A stretch of DNA of 64,000 bases from a virus. Every line of letters starts with the position of its first letter. The stretch's first letter is position 1. The notes beneath the pieces are model-generated. The model was not told where the DNA came from. It was given only the letters and a program-made list of their open reading frames with translations, and did not search any database. Position numbers and translations under genes: made by a program. Below, piece after piece: positions 26,708-36,373 of this stretch. The stretch is taken from IMG/VR virus record IMGVR_UViG_3300027749_000038; one strand, written 5' to 3'.

Positions 26708-27541
26708 ATGGCTATTATTAATGACTATCTCAATGTCCTGAATGAAAATAAAGGTTCTCATGCAGTATCTGGACCTAAAAAAACTGGACCTTTTTTTGAC
26801 GGTGGAGATAAAAAAGCTCCTTTCAATAATTCAGATGAAGTAGAAACTCCAGAAAAATCTGCAGCTCATTTAAATTCTGCTTCATCAGACTCCAAGCCCA
26901 AAGTTGCAAAGGCTACTACATTAGGTGATTCAGTTAATCCTTTTGACAAATTATTTAATCAAGTGTTGTCTCATGAAAACTGGGAACACGAAGAAGAAGC
27001 TAATGAAATTAGTGGAGGAGAATCTCCAGAAGGAAATTTGGAAATGAATTTTAGTGGAGATACAGAAACTGGTGAGGGAGAGTTCGAAGAACATGGAGAA
27101 GGAGAAGGAGAAATGGATGCAATGTCAGAACTCCTAACCCATTTAAGAGCAGCTGTTGCAGCTTTAGAGAAAATTTCTGGTCATGAAGAAGAAGAAGTAG
27201 AAGAAGAAACAGAAATGGATGATTCAGATTCCGATGATGATGATGCAGATACAGACACAGACACAGATGCAGATAAAGAAACCAATCTTGAAGATTCGGT
27301 TGATGCTGAGGAGTTGGGCCATGCTTTAGTAGATCTACAAAAATTAAGTGCTGGTTTATCAGATCCCAAATCCCGTACAGTAAAGGGAGCAGTTCCAGTT
27401 TCAAAGGGTAAAGCACAAACTCCAAATGGTAAAAAACCAGAAGGCAAGTATGTACCTTTCAAAGGTAACACCAAACCTTTAGAAGGCAAAAAGAATGATG
27501 TTAACGGAGTTTCCAAAGGCAAAGCTTGGTTCGATCAATAA
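26708..27541 (+). CDS. Acidic low-complexity protein, possibly a prohead core component
   Basis: Glu/Asp tracts, LNE and SHE possible protease sites, ATAAGTA at 26681-26687. Confidence 0.45.
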   Translation: MAIINDYLNVLNENKGSHAVSGPKKTGPFFDGGDKKAPFNNSDEVETPEKSAAHLNSASSDSKPKVAKATTLGDSVNPFDKLFNQVLSHENWEHEEEANEISGGESPEGNLEMNFSGDTETGEGEFEEHGEGEGEMDAMSELLTHLRAAVAALEKISGHEEEEVEEETEMDDSDSDDDDADTDTDTDADKETNLEDSVDAEELGHALVDLQKLSAGLSDPKSRTVKGAVPVSKGKAQTPNGKKPEGKYVPFKGNTKPLEGKKNDVNGVSKGKAWFDQ

Positions 27542-27565
27542 TTTGATAGTTCAGTATTAATAGTT

Positions 27566-27603
27566 AAATCCGCCTTCATACTGTATGAAGGCGGATTTTT
27601 TTT
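27566..27603 (+). terminator. Rho-independent terminator
   Basis: 15-bp inverted repeat aaatccgccttcata / tatgaaggcggattt followed by a T-run. Confidence 0.85.
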
Positions 27604-27622
27604 ACATAAGTACTATAATATT

Positions 27623-28030
27623 ATGGAAGATAATTTTTCTTCATTCTTTAAAAAGAGTAACAATGGTGCAACCTTTAATAGTGGACCTAAAGCAACCAAG
27701 AACACTAGAACTCATCACCAGAGTACTGCTAGAATTACCAAGATGGATCATCGCAAAAGTGGTAAGATGAATTTGGTAGCAGCCAATACAAATCAAAAAA
27801 TTAAGCATCCATTAATCAGTCAATTTGCTAATTCTGGTAAAACTGTCATGCCAAATTTAAAATGGTCTATGGTAAGACCAATATTCCAAGCTTATAAGAT
27901 TAAACATGATTTTGAAGAAGACAAACCTTATACCAAGTCCATCGGTGGTATAAAATGTAAACTAACTGGATCTAAAATTTGTATTAAATATTTTCCAGAA
28001 AATCAAACTTGGACCCTTTTTAAAAAATAA
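27623..28030 (+). CDS. Hypothetical basic protein
   Basis: 135-aa ORF after ATAAGTA (27606-27612). Confidence 0.6.
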   Translation: MEDNFSSFFKKSNNGATFNSGPKATKNTRTHHQSTARITKMDHRKSGKMNLVAANTNQKIKHPLISQFANSGKTVMPNLKWSMVRPIFQAYKIKHDFEEDKPYTKSIGGIKCKLTGSKICIKYFPENQTWTLFKK

Positions 28031-28033
28031 AAT

Positions 28034-28954
28034 ATGGACTCTTTACGATTTTTAAATAAAAAGATCAATGCCAATGAGAGACAGAATTTCTCTAATTGGT
28101 GGAAAGAACAAATCAGTATAGGAGGTCAAGAAATAGTTTATTATAGTAATCTGACCCAATTATCTTCTAGCAATCCTTTATACGGAGAAAGTCCTGATGC
28201 AGGTTTTGCCCCTGGAGTTCCTATGATATTAGCATTAGCTCTTTCTAATGATTCGATACTTTTATCCAGGATGGGTATTATCGCAGAAGGAGATGTTACC
28301 GCCGTAATTCATCCTACCTTATTTGAAAATGCTTTAAGTTCTTTATCTTTCCACAATTTAAGTGCAGATGTGGTTAATGCAGCTGCTTTTTCTGCATTGA
28401 CTGCTACTTCCTTTATTTGTTTAAGTTCTTCTAAATTAAGTGCAACCGCGTTTGCTTTCTTAAGCACAACCTCTTTGAGTGCTGATGCAGTTAATGCCCT
28501 CGGAAGCCCTTCTTTGAGTTCTTTAACATTAAGTTCTATTACGTTTGATAGTTTAAGTTCCAGTGCATTCTTTACTTTAAGTACTGATGCAGTTAATTCT
28601 CTTAATATATCCATATCATCTTTAAATCTTCAAACGAAAGAACCTAAGGCTGGAGATTTAATTGCTCTTACGGAATTTAATTCTGATCGTATCCATTTTC
28701 CAAAGAGAGGTACTACTGTTTATGAATTAACAGAAAGTATAGATGAATTTAAACAAAATGCTTTGGGAGGACATTATGTTTGGTTTTTAGCTGCTAAGAG
28801 ATATCAATTTAGTCAAGAACCACACAGTCCAGGAGCTGGTCAAGGAGCTAATGTTCTTGATGATAATGATGTAATAGAACTGGCTGCTAATGAAAATTTT
28901 AGTTATATTACAGATAATCCCAATAGCAACCCGTCTGTATACGGTCATTATTAA
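28034..28954 (+). CDS. Neck/head-completion protein (T4 gp14-like) with a 99-aa Ser/Ala/Leu insertion
   Basis: WWKEQISIGGQEIVYY, LYGE, EPKAGDLI, YELT, LGGHYVW motifs. Confidence 0.6.
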   Translation: MDSLRFLNKKINANERQNFSNWWKEQISIGGQEIVYYSNLTQLSSSNPLYGESPDAGFAPGVPMILALALSNDSILLSRMGIIAEGDVTAVIHPTLFENALSSLSFHNLSADVVNAAAFSALTATSFICLSSSKLSATAFAFLSTTSLSADAVNALGSPSLSSLTLSSITFDSLSSSAFFTLSTDAVNSLNISISSLNLQTKEPKAGDLIALTEFNSDRIHFPKRGTTVYELTESIDEFKQNALGGHYVWFLAAKRYQFSQEPHSPGAGQGANVLDDNDVIELAANENFSYITDNPNSNPSVYGHY

Positions 28955-29259
28955 ACAATATCAACCTTTAAGAAATCTGTAGCACTTTCTTCGGAGTGAT
29001 AAATTTGAATTTTATAATCTTCTTCTAGAAGTTTGCGAAGAAAGATGTCTTGTGTAGAATTAATATAATCCCTGATATCTAAAGGACAAAGCTTAACCTC
29101 TTCAAAGGGTATATTTCTTTCTTCTGCTTTGTCTGCTATGATGTTAACTGCTTCGTAAAAAGCCATCCACTTAGCTAGTGTTAAAGATTTTTCTTGGGTT
29201 TTACCCCACCAGGCTAGAGGTGATTGAAGTTCTTCTGTGGGTTGTGTTTTAGTTTTCAT
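28951..29259 (-). CDS. Hypothetical protein
   Basis: 102-aa ORF. Confidence 0.55.
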   Translation of the reverse strand: MKTKTQPTEELQSPLAWWGKTQEKSLTLAKWMAFYEAVNIIADKAEERNIPFEEVKLCPLDIRDYINSTQDIFLRKLLEEDYKIQIYHSEESATDFLKVDIV

Positions 29260-29261
29260 TA

Positions 29262-29750
29262 TTAGTTTTTAAATTGTTGAGTAGGAATCATGTTGCCAAT
29301 ATTCTGTGATACCTGAATAGGTTCAATGAATTCTGTTACTCTAGCAACTGTAAAATTAATAGAAACAACATTTCTGCCTTCACACTTATCACATACAAAC
29401 TCCACTCGTTCCTGTTGATCTGGTACGAATGTGGTAACATTCGGAGTAGCACAAGAAGCACATTGTAGAATAGTGGATAATGGTTCCAATCGATCCAATT
29501 CTGCCAATCTCACCTTGGATTGAAGATATTGAGACACAATAGAAACCAAAACTCCAAATGCGAGATATTGAACACTGGCGGCTAAGATAAAAGCCGGCCA
29601 AAATGGTTTGTCTAGAAGTGTAAAGGCAAGACCCACCAAACCAGAATTGGTTAATACTATAATAGTAGACTTAAAGAAGTCTTTATAAAATAAAAAATAT
29701 TTGATTAATTTCATTAAAACTAATTTATCATTAGTTCTAGGGAAACTCAC
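29262..29750 (-). CDS. Membrane protein with a C-terminal zinc ribbon
   Basis: Two hydrophobic helices then CASC...CDKC; start uncertain. Confidence 0.55.
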   Translation of the reverse strand: MSFPRTNDKLVLMKLIKYFLFYKDFFKSTIIVLTNSGLVGLAFTLLDKPFWPAFILAASVQYLAFGVLVSIVSQYLQSKVRLAELDRLEPLSTILQCASCATPNVTTFVPDQQERVEFVCDKCEGRNVVSINFTVARVTEFIEPIQVSQNIGNMIPTQQFKN

Positions 29751-30258
29751 CCTTATTCAGATCTCTTTCTTGGTGGGGATTAGACGATGGCAATTCCTTA
29801 GACATATCCATAGAAAGAGTAAGCTGTTTGTCTAAATTCTGAATAGCTCCTAAAATTTGTCCAGTATAGCTAAGAAGCTCGTTTAATTTTTTCTTTTGTT
29901 TAGAAGAAACTTTTTTATTTAATTTTAAACAATTTTCTATTTTATTACCAGCTGCTAACAAATAGGTAAAACTATCTGTCAAATCTGCCGTAACCGTTTG
30001 TAAAGGCCACGGCATATTAATAGGATTCTCTGGACCCGGTGCTGTGGGAGGAAAAATAGGAGGAGTATTTTTCTGATACGGAAAATCATATCCCGAAGCA
30101 TTACTGACTGGAGCAAAGTCCTTTCTTGGTGGATCACTATAGCCACCATATGTTGGATTGTTCCAAAGTCCTCCAAGTGCTTCTTGGAATAATTTATCCA
30201 TATCTGTCATATTACTCTTGTGGTTTTCCGATACGAACTGTACATCCACATCGTCCAC
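29737..30258 (-). CDS. Hypothetical protein
   Basis: 173-aa ORF with a Pro-rich middle. Confidence 0.55.
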   Translation of the reverse strand: MDDVDVQFVSENHKSNMTDMDKLFQEALGGLWNNPTYGGYSDPPRKDFAPVSNASGYDFPYQKNTPPIFPPTAPGPENPINMPWPLQTVTADLTDSFTYLLAAGNKIENCLKLNKKVSSKQKKKLNELLSYTGQILGAIQNLDKQLTLSMDMSKELPSSNPHQERDLNKGEFP

Positions 30259-30406
30259 AATTCCAACGAATTATTTTATTGGATTGTTTAGAACGAGGAT
30301 CATACTGTTCCATCAGTCTGCCTTGAACATGGTTTCCGCAGTAGGTGCAAGCAACTGGACGATTGGCTAAGGTCTGATATTCTGGTTTGTTATTTGAGTC
30401 ACTCAT
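30212..30406 (-). CDS. Small zinc-ribbon protein
   Basis: CTYC...CGRC; start MSDSNN preceded by ATAAATA on the minus strand. Confidence 0.6.
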   Translation of the reverse strand: MSDSNNKPEYQTLANRPVACTYCGNHVQGRLMEQYDPRSKQSNKIIRWNCGRCGCTVRIGKPQE

Positions 30407-30416
30407 GTTATATTTA

Positions 30417-31214
30417 TCAATTACCAGGAAACATTTCATGAGAATGGGGTGAGCCATCTTCTATTTTTCCTACTACAAATTTTACAAATTCAGAACGTAC
30501 AATATCTTCTTTATTAAATTTAAAATGATATACTCCGTGATCAGCACTTTCTTGGTCTGAAAAAAGTTTACACATCTTGCTAAATCCACCCATTTTACCA
30601 TGAGGCAAATCTGATTGATTTGGATCTCCCAGAAAAATAATTTTGGAAAATTCCCCCAATCGGGTAATAGTAGTTACTAATTCTCGAAAAGTAATATTTT
30701 GACATTCATCTACGATGATTACTTTAGCTGGCCAATGTAATCCTCTTATATAGTTTACTGGCATAGCACTAACTCTTTTATCAGTATGCAATCTTTTAAT
30801 GGTGTTGTTTTCTAAGAACTCTTCCATCTTTTCTACGAATGGAGCCATATAAGCTTCAAATTTTTCATCAATGGTTCCTGGAAGATATCCAATTTTACTA
30901 TCTGCACTTTCTACAGCACTTCTAACAAAAATAATATCAGAGGCTTTTTTGTTTTTTAATAATTGTAACCCAGCATATACTGCTGTTGAAGTTTTTGAAA
31001 CTCCAGCAGGGCCTTCTATAAAAACACATTTGGTATTTTTATTTAAAAGAATTTGTATAAGTTCTTTTTGTTTATCTGTCCAGGGTAATTCTCTAATAGT
31101 AAAGTCAAAATTTACTTTATCACGCTGGAAGACGTGAGGTGAATTATCTTTTGGTTTTTCTGGTTTGACAGAGTCATCCAAAAGCCGGCTCTTAGAACGG
31201 GGTTTGTTTCCCAT
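30417..31214 (-). CDS. phoH: PhoH-family ATPase
   Basis: EGPAGVSKT, GYLPG, YIRG, IIVDECQN, RLGEFSKIIFLGDPNQSDL, DIVRS. Confidence 0.92.
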   Translation of the reverse strand: MGNKPRSKSRLLDDSVKPEKPKDNSPHVFQRDKVNFDFTIRELPWTDKQKELIQILLNKNTKCVFIEGPAGVSKTSTAVYAGLQLLKNKKASDIIFVRSAVESADSKIGYLPGTIDEKFEAYMAPFVEKMEEFLENNTIKRLHTDKRVSAMPVNYIRGLHWPAKVIIVDECQNITFRELVTTITRLGEFSKIIFLGDPNQSDLPHGKMGGFSKMCKLFSDQESADHGVYHFKFNKEDIVRSEFVKFVVGKIEDGSPHSHEMFPGN

Positions 31215-31260
31215 ATGTTGTTTATATTTACAACTAAGATGTCAAAAAAATTTAATAACC

Positions 31261-31578
31261 TTAAACTACCGGAGAGTTACTAGGTGCTGGAGTTGATGTT
31301 GGAGTTGTAGTTGTTTGAGCAGAATTATAATGAGCATCTAAATCCATTAAGGTTTTCTTTTCAGCATCTGTCAGAGATGTTGGAAGTTGTCCTGGGTTGG
31401 AATTTGTAATTGTAGCATTTATAGCCTTCAAAAAATTAGTCTTCCACAACTGATCTGTGTTTTTGGCAGCAAATAAAGAAGTTATACTCGGGAGAGCAGA
31501 ATTAGAAGAGCCGGGAGTTGGAGCCGCTTCGGAAATGTTGCTGAAAGTCTTTTGAAAGATACTATTAAATTTACTCAT
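31261..31578 (-). CDS. Hypothetical protein, possibly head-internal
   Basis: MSKFNSIFQKTFSNISEAA leader; Ser/Thr/Pro-rich. Confidence 0.5.
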   Translation of the reverse strand: MSKFNSIFQKTFSNISEAAPTPGSSNSALPSITSLFAAKNTDQLWKTNFLKAINATITNSNPGQLPTSLTDAEKKTLMDLDAHYNSAQTTTTPTSTPAPSNSPVV

Positions 31579-31659
31579 AAAGATATTTATCAAAAGGTTT
31601 GCTTATTCAAATTGGTTTTTGAGACTTTAAAATGGATAAGTAACTCTATATTATTTATT

Positions 31660-34083
31660 ATGTCTACTAGATACATAGCATCACCAGGCGTCCAAATTTC
31701 TGAGGTTGATCAATCCTTAACCACAAGAGCTCAAGCGGGTACTACAGTATTTATTACTGGATTTGCTCCTCAAGGGCATACAGACGAAGTAATCAACATT
31801 ACTTCTGTTTCTGATTTTGAATCTACCTTTGGATTACCTACGAATGAAGCCGAGCGTTATTTGTATCACACAGCTAAACAAATTTTAACTCAATCCCCAG
31901 CTAATTTAGCAGTTACCCGAATGGCCTACGGCTCTGGAATGGGAGCCGGTTTTGCTAATACCTATGCAGCTTTAGTTTATCCGGTTAAAGGAACCACCAC
32001 AGTACAAGTATCTACTGTATCTTCTATGTATTGTCCCAATCTTGTTGGAACTTATACTGTTTTTACTGGGGTTTCTACTATAACAACCGGAATGGATATC
32101 ACCACCATGGCGGTTGTTTCTTCTAGTGGATTTGTTAACACATCAGCTAACAATATAAACCAGGCAGTTCCAATCATTACTGGATATGTTTCTGTGTTAT
32201 CTTCTAAAATATTACCATATAGCCAAGCTACTAGTTTTACTGTACAAGAGCCAACATCAATTTTATTAAATGAAGGTGAGTATCACGACCTAGTTACAAA
32301 TGACGTAACTTGGAGTGATGGATATTCTTCTGTTAACATTAACAACAAAGATTATTTAAAATATGGTGGTATTGTTGTTGTAAATTCTTCAAAAACAACT
32401 ATTAATGACAAATATGAAGGTTATTATATTGGTTTAGCAGACAATTCAAATAATAACCCGGCCACCAATTTTGACGCCTTGACCGGTGCAAAAACAGTCA
32501 CAAGTGGAGCTAGTGCAGTACAGACTTGGACCAATATACCAGCTTCCCGTTTAAGTTTCAAGTTATCCAGTACTTCTACAGAAGGTGGAACTAGTATTTC
32601 TCAAGCTATTGAACAATTTCCCCTTTTGTCTGATTTTGGTTCACCAACTTATAATGACAGTTTGACCTTGATGTTGTTTAAAATAAGAACTTCCACTTAT
32701 GGACAAGATACTATTAAATTGGATTACATAATTCAAGAAGGACATACTGGTTCTTTATATTCTGGAAGAACACAAAACAATCAAAAGGGAGGAGCTCCAG
32801 TTTCTTTCTCCCTAGAAAAGATAACCAATCTAGAATCTTCAGACATTAAGATGATAGTCAATCCGTGGATTGCTAATAGTAATAATTGGTTAGATGGTTC
32901 TGGCAATGTAGTAAAAACTGTCAGACTAAACCCAGAAGCTAAAAACATATACGCAGCTGGAACTTTTGTTCAGGGTCAAGACGCGGGACAAGAACTTGGT
33001 AATGTTCCGGACAAATTAAAAAGAGTGTTAAACCGATTAGATGATATGGATACAGAATTAGATCTTTTCGCTGAAGCAGGCCTTGGCACTATTTACGCGG
33101 GGGCAAGAAGCAGAGAAAGATATTACCGAACTATAACTTCGGGTTATAGTGGTTTATATTTTGATACAACCCAACCAGTTCCGGCAACAGAATTGACTGC
33201 CTTATTTAATCAAGATACAGCAACTTTTAGTAGTGACTTGAAAGATGATTATGTGTCAATTGTATCTCAGATGGCTACCTTTGCAGAAAAAACCCGCAAA
33301 GACCATATGTTTATTGCAGATCCGTTGCGTTACATTTTCTTAAATGGTCCAGATGGTCCAAATGTCAAAGCAACTAAAAAATCTGGTTATAATTTTTCTA
33401 CAGACATTTTTTGGGCTCTTAAAAATCTATACGGAAGCATTGTGACTAGCTATGGAGCAACCTATGGTAATTGGGCAAAAGTCTCTGGTACTGATTCTAA
33501 CAATTATGTATGGATTCCTATGTCTGGATTTGTAGCTGCGGATATTGCGTTGTCTTCTGCAACCAATTATCCTTGGAGTGCTCCGGCTGGATTTGCTAGA
33601 GGTACTTTAAGTGGTATAACAGATATTGCTATTAATCCTACACAAAAACATCGTGACTTGTTGTATAAAATTAATATCAATCCAGTAGCTTACTTCCCCG
33701 GAGATGGATATGTTATCTTTGGACAAAAGACCCTCTTCAATAAGCCATCTGCGTTTGATAGAATTAATGTGCGTAGATTGTTCTTGACTCTTGAAAAAGT
33801 GGTACAGAGACTTTTAAAATACTATGTATTTGAAGGTAATACCTACACAACCCGAGTACGTTTGGTAAATTCTTTGTTACCATTATTTAATCAGGCCAAG
33901 AATAGTGATGGCTTATATGACTTCCGTATTATTTGTGATGAGCGTAATAATACACCAGAAATTATTGATGACAATACTTTAAAAATTGCAATTTACATTC
34001 AACCAGTCCGTACAGCGGAATTTATATTAGCGGATTTCGTGGCTACACGTTCTGGTTCAGATTTCAATGAAATTACCTCTTAA
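31660..34083 (+). CDS. gp18: Tail sheath protein
   Basis: SPGVQISEVD start, PWSAPAGFARG, LYKININPV, GQKTL, AFDRINVRRLF, YIQPVRTAEFI. Confidence 0.93.
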   Translation: MSTRYIASPGVQISEVDQSLTTRAQAGTTVFITGFAPQGHTDEVINITSVSDFESTFGLPTNEAERYLYHTAKQILTQSPANLAVTRMAYGSGMGAGFANTYAALVYPVKGTTTVQVSTVSSMYCPNLVGTYTVFTGVSTITTGMDITTMAVVSSSGFVNTSANNINQAVPIITGYVSVLSSKILPYSQATSFTVQEPTSILLNEGEYHDLVTNDVTWSDGYSSVNINNKDYLKYGGIVVVNSSKTTINDKYEGYYIGLADNSNNNPATNFDALTGAKTVTSGASAVQTWTNIPASRLSFKLSSTSTEGGTSISQAIEQFPLLSDFGSPTYNDSLTLMLFKIRTSTYGQDTIKLDYIIQEGHTGSLYSGRTQNNQKGGAPVSFSLEKITNLESSDIKMIVNPWIANSNNWLDGSGNVVKTVRLNPEAKNIYAAGTFVQGQDAGQELGNVPDKLKRVLNRLDDMDTELDLFAEAGLGTIYAGARSRERYYRTITSGYSGLYFDTTQPVPATELTALFNQDTATFSSDLKDDYVSIVSQMATFAEKTRKDHMFIADPLRYIFLNGPDGPNVKATKKSGYNFSTDIFWALKNLYGSIVTSYGATYGNWAKVSGTDSNNYVWIPMSGFVAADIALSSATNYPWSAPAGFARGTLSGITDIAINPTQKHRDLLYKININPVAYFPGDGYVIFGQKTLFNKPSAFDRINVRRLFLTLEKVVQRLLKYYVFEGNTYTTRVRLVNSLLPLFNQAKNSDGLYDFRIICDERNNTPEIIDDNTLKIAIYIQPVRTAEFILADFVATRSGSDFNEITS

Positions 34084-34105
34084 TTGATAAGTAATATTAT
34101 ATTTT

Positions 34106-34654
34106 ATGTCTAATATATTTTCAGGCCAAAGCATAACAGATTTCTACCAAAACGCCAGACAGAGAGACTTTGCTCGTAAAAATCTCTTTAGAATCCTTAG
34201 TATTGAAGGGGGTAGAGCTGGTGGTGGTATAGTATTTGATCAATCTGATTTGGTTTATGTCACAACAACTTCCTTACCCAAAAGAAGTATCAATGTCGTA
34301 AATGTCGCCTATATGGGTATGAAGTTTAATGTACCCGGAACTGCTCAGTACCCAGGTAGTGAAGCATGGACCGTTAAATTTAGAATGCCACAAGATTTGA
34401 CTATTCGTAGAAAATTAGAAGCATGGACCCGTTTTACTTTTGATGATGCCACCACAAAAGGAGCCTATAGTATGGGAGATTTGGGAACTGTTACATTGGC
34501 TCTTATGGACAAAAAAGGTACACCCTCTCTTGTATATCGTTTAGTAGGAGCTTTCTGTGTAAATCTTGGAGAGTATGCTTTGGACGCTACAGATGCTGGT
34601 ACGATTGTTGAACAAGACGCAGTATTAGCTTATCAATATTGGGAGTACGTTTAA
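34106..34654 (+). CDS. gp19: Tail tube protein
   Basis: FARKNLFRI, TSLP...VAYMG, WTVKF, VLAYQYWE; follows the sheath gene. Confidence 0.85.
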   Translation: MSNIFSGQSITDFYQNARQRDFARKNLFRILSIEGGRAGGGIVFDQSDLVYVTTTSLPKRSINVVNVAYMGMKFNVPGTAQYPGSEAWTVKFRMPQDLTIRRKLEAWTRFTFDDATTKGAYSMGDLGTVTLALMDKKGTPSLVYRLVGAFCVNLGEYALDATDAGTIVEQDAVLAYQYWEYV

Positions 34655-34678
34655 TTGTTTATACACTAAGTATAAACA

Positions 34679-35380
34679 ATGGCATCTCCGAGTCCTTTCC
34701 AATATTATCTTAAAAATGTATTCAGTGAGGCTGGATTCATGCCCTCTCTGGGTAGTCTGTGGCAAGTGGAATTTCATACATTGAATGAAGTTACTGCTTT
34801 AAAAAGTTCTGCTAGTTATCTTAATGCATTAGAAAATTGGCAAACTCAATCCTCAGATGTGTTGTCTACCATTTTAGAAAGACAGGAAACATTAAATTCT
34901 GGAAACTATGTTGGATGTGTTTTTGCTAGAAGTGTTAATATACCTGGAGAAAAAATAACAGCATCAAGAGGACCGTTAAAATATGGAGGTTATATGGCTC
35001 CTGCAGTTATAGATAATAGATCTGGTTATGAGCCAGTTAATATAAAATTTCTAGAAACAAATTTTTCCTTTATAGATAATGTTATCAGACCTTGGAGTAT
35101 AATGACTGGTTATTATGGAATGTTAACCAGAGATCCAGAACTTGGTGGCAAAGACTATAATGTTAAATGTCCTACTATGATAGTTACTCAATTCATGTTA
35201 GGAGGATCTGAAAGGTCTATGATCAGACGTAAGGAAGTTACATTCTGGAATGTAGCTCCTATTTCAGTTGGAACCACTAATTTAGTGCAAGCTGGTGAAT
35301 CTCTTCTAGAGACAGAAGCTTCTTTTGTTTATGAAAAATATGAAGTAAAGTCTTTTGCTGACAGAGTTGTCATGAAGTAA
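34679..35380 (+). CDS. Tail-tube-like baseplate protein (gp54-like)
   Basis: ARSVNIPGE, IKFLET, FWNVAPISV, FVYEKY tube-fold pattern. Confidence 0.55.
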   Translation: MASPSPFQYYLKNVFSEAGFMPSLGSLWQVEFHTLNEVTALKSSASYLNALENWQTQSSDVLSTILERQETLNSGNYVGCVFARSVNIPGEKITASRGPLKYGGYMAPAVIDNRSGYEPVNIKFLETNFSFIDNVIRPWSIMTGYYGMLTRDPELGGKDYNVKCPTMIVTQFMLGGSERSMIRRKEVTFWNVAPISVGTTNLVQAGESLLETEASFVYEKYEVKSFADRVVMK

Positions 35381-35404
35381 TGTTGTTTAACCTCCTAAAG
35401 TTTA

Positions 35405-36361
35405 ATGTTTATCGATTATTATCTCTATAGTGTTGAAATGCCCATTTCTGGGTTGGTGATAAACTATCGAGAATTGTCCAGTAAAGAACAATTAATATTA
35501 TCTAAAGCAAATATTCTATTGCCGTTAGATAAAGAAAATGTAGAAAACTATTCTAGACATTTAAAAAAAATTCTAGAAAATTGTGTAGAAAATAAATTAG
35601 ATTTTAACAAATTAAATATAATAGAGTATTTGTTATTTGCTATTAAACTACGCACTACTTCTTTAGGAGAAGTATTAATACTTCAAACCCAAGAAGAAAT
35701 AGATGAAGAGGTGGTTACTGTAAAGTTTAATATAGAATTGCCCAAATTAATATATAGCATTTTTTCCAAATGCAGGGATCTTTTTTCTCAAAAATATATA
35801 TTAGAAGATAATATAAATGTACATTTAGATTGGCCTAATCATAATGATGAAATTAATTTTTATAAATTACAAAATTTACAAGAATTTGAATTGTTAAGAG
35901 ATAGTACCGTTTTATTCATCAATCATATAGATTTATATGGTAAAATTATATCATTTTCAGATTTTTCATTGAAGCAGAAGATGGAATTATTTGATAGATT
36001 ACCAGCTAAAATACGATTAAAAATTCAATCAGAAGTATTGAATAATATTAAAAAATTCTCAGAATTAGATTTTATAGAAAGTTCTAAAAAAGAATATTTA
36101 AAAATAAATTTTTACAATTGGAGCTTTCAAAACTTTTTAAGGTTAATGTTCTCTGATAACCTCAAGAATATCTATCAACAATACTATCTCCTAGCTAGTA
36201 AGAAGATTTCTCTAGACTATGTAGATAATTTGACTGTAGCAGAGCGGAACGTTTATTTTTCTTTTATAGAAGAAGAATATGAATCAAGAAAACAATCTCA
36301 AAATTCAGAGGGTGGTGAATTTTCTTCATTCAATAATGGACTAGAAGAAATGGAGGAGTAA
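35405..36361 (+). CDS. Baseplate hub assembly protein (gp26/gp51-like)
   Basis: YRELSSKEQLIL, LFAIKLRTTSLGE, LTVAERNVY; position in the tail cluster. Confidence 0.55.
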   Translation: MFIDYYLYSVEMPISGLVINYRELSSKEQLILSKANILLPLDKENVENYSRHLKKILENCVENKLDFNKLNIIEYLLFAIKLRTTSLGEVLILQTQEEIDEEVVTVKFNIELPKLIYSIFSKCRDLFSQKYILEDNINVHLDWPNHNDEINFYKLQNLQEFELLRDSTVLFINHIDLYGKIISFSDFSLKQKMELFDRLPAKIRLKIQSEVLNNIKKFSELDFIESSKKEYLKINFYNWSFQNFLRLMFSDNLKNIYQQYYLLASKKISLDYVDNLTVAERNVYFSFIEEEYESRKQSQNSEGGEFSSFNNGLEEMEE

Positions 36362-36373
36362 ATAGTTTTATTT

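Noticed and set aside
27051-27522. Two antisense ORFs over the acidic protein
   Set aside because: Low-complexity mirrors of Glu/Asp codon runs.
28309-28614. Antisense ORF matching the neck-protein insertion
   Set aside because: Coincides with the repeat insertion and has no promoter or start context; best explained as a shadow, though not formally excluded.
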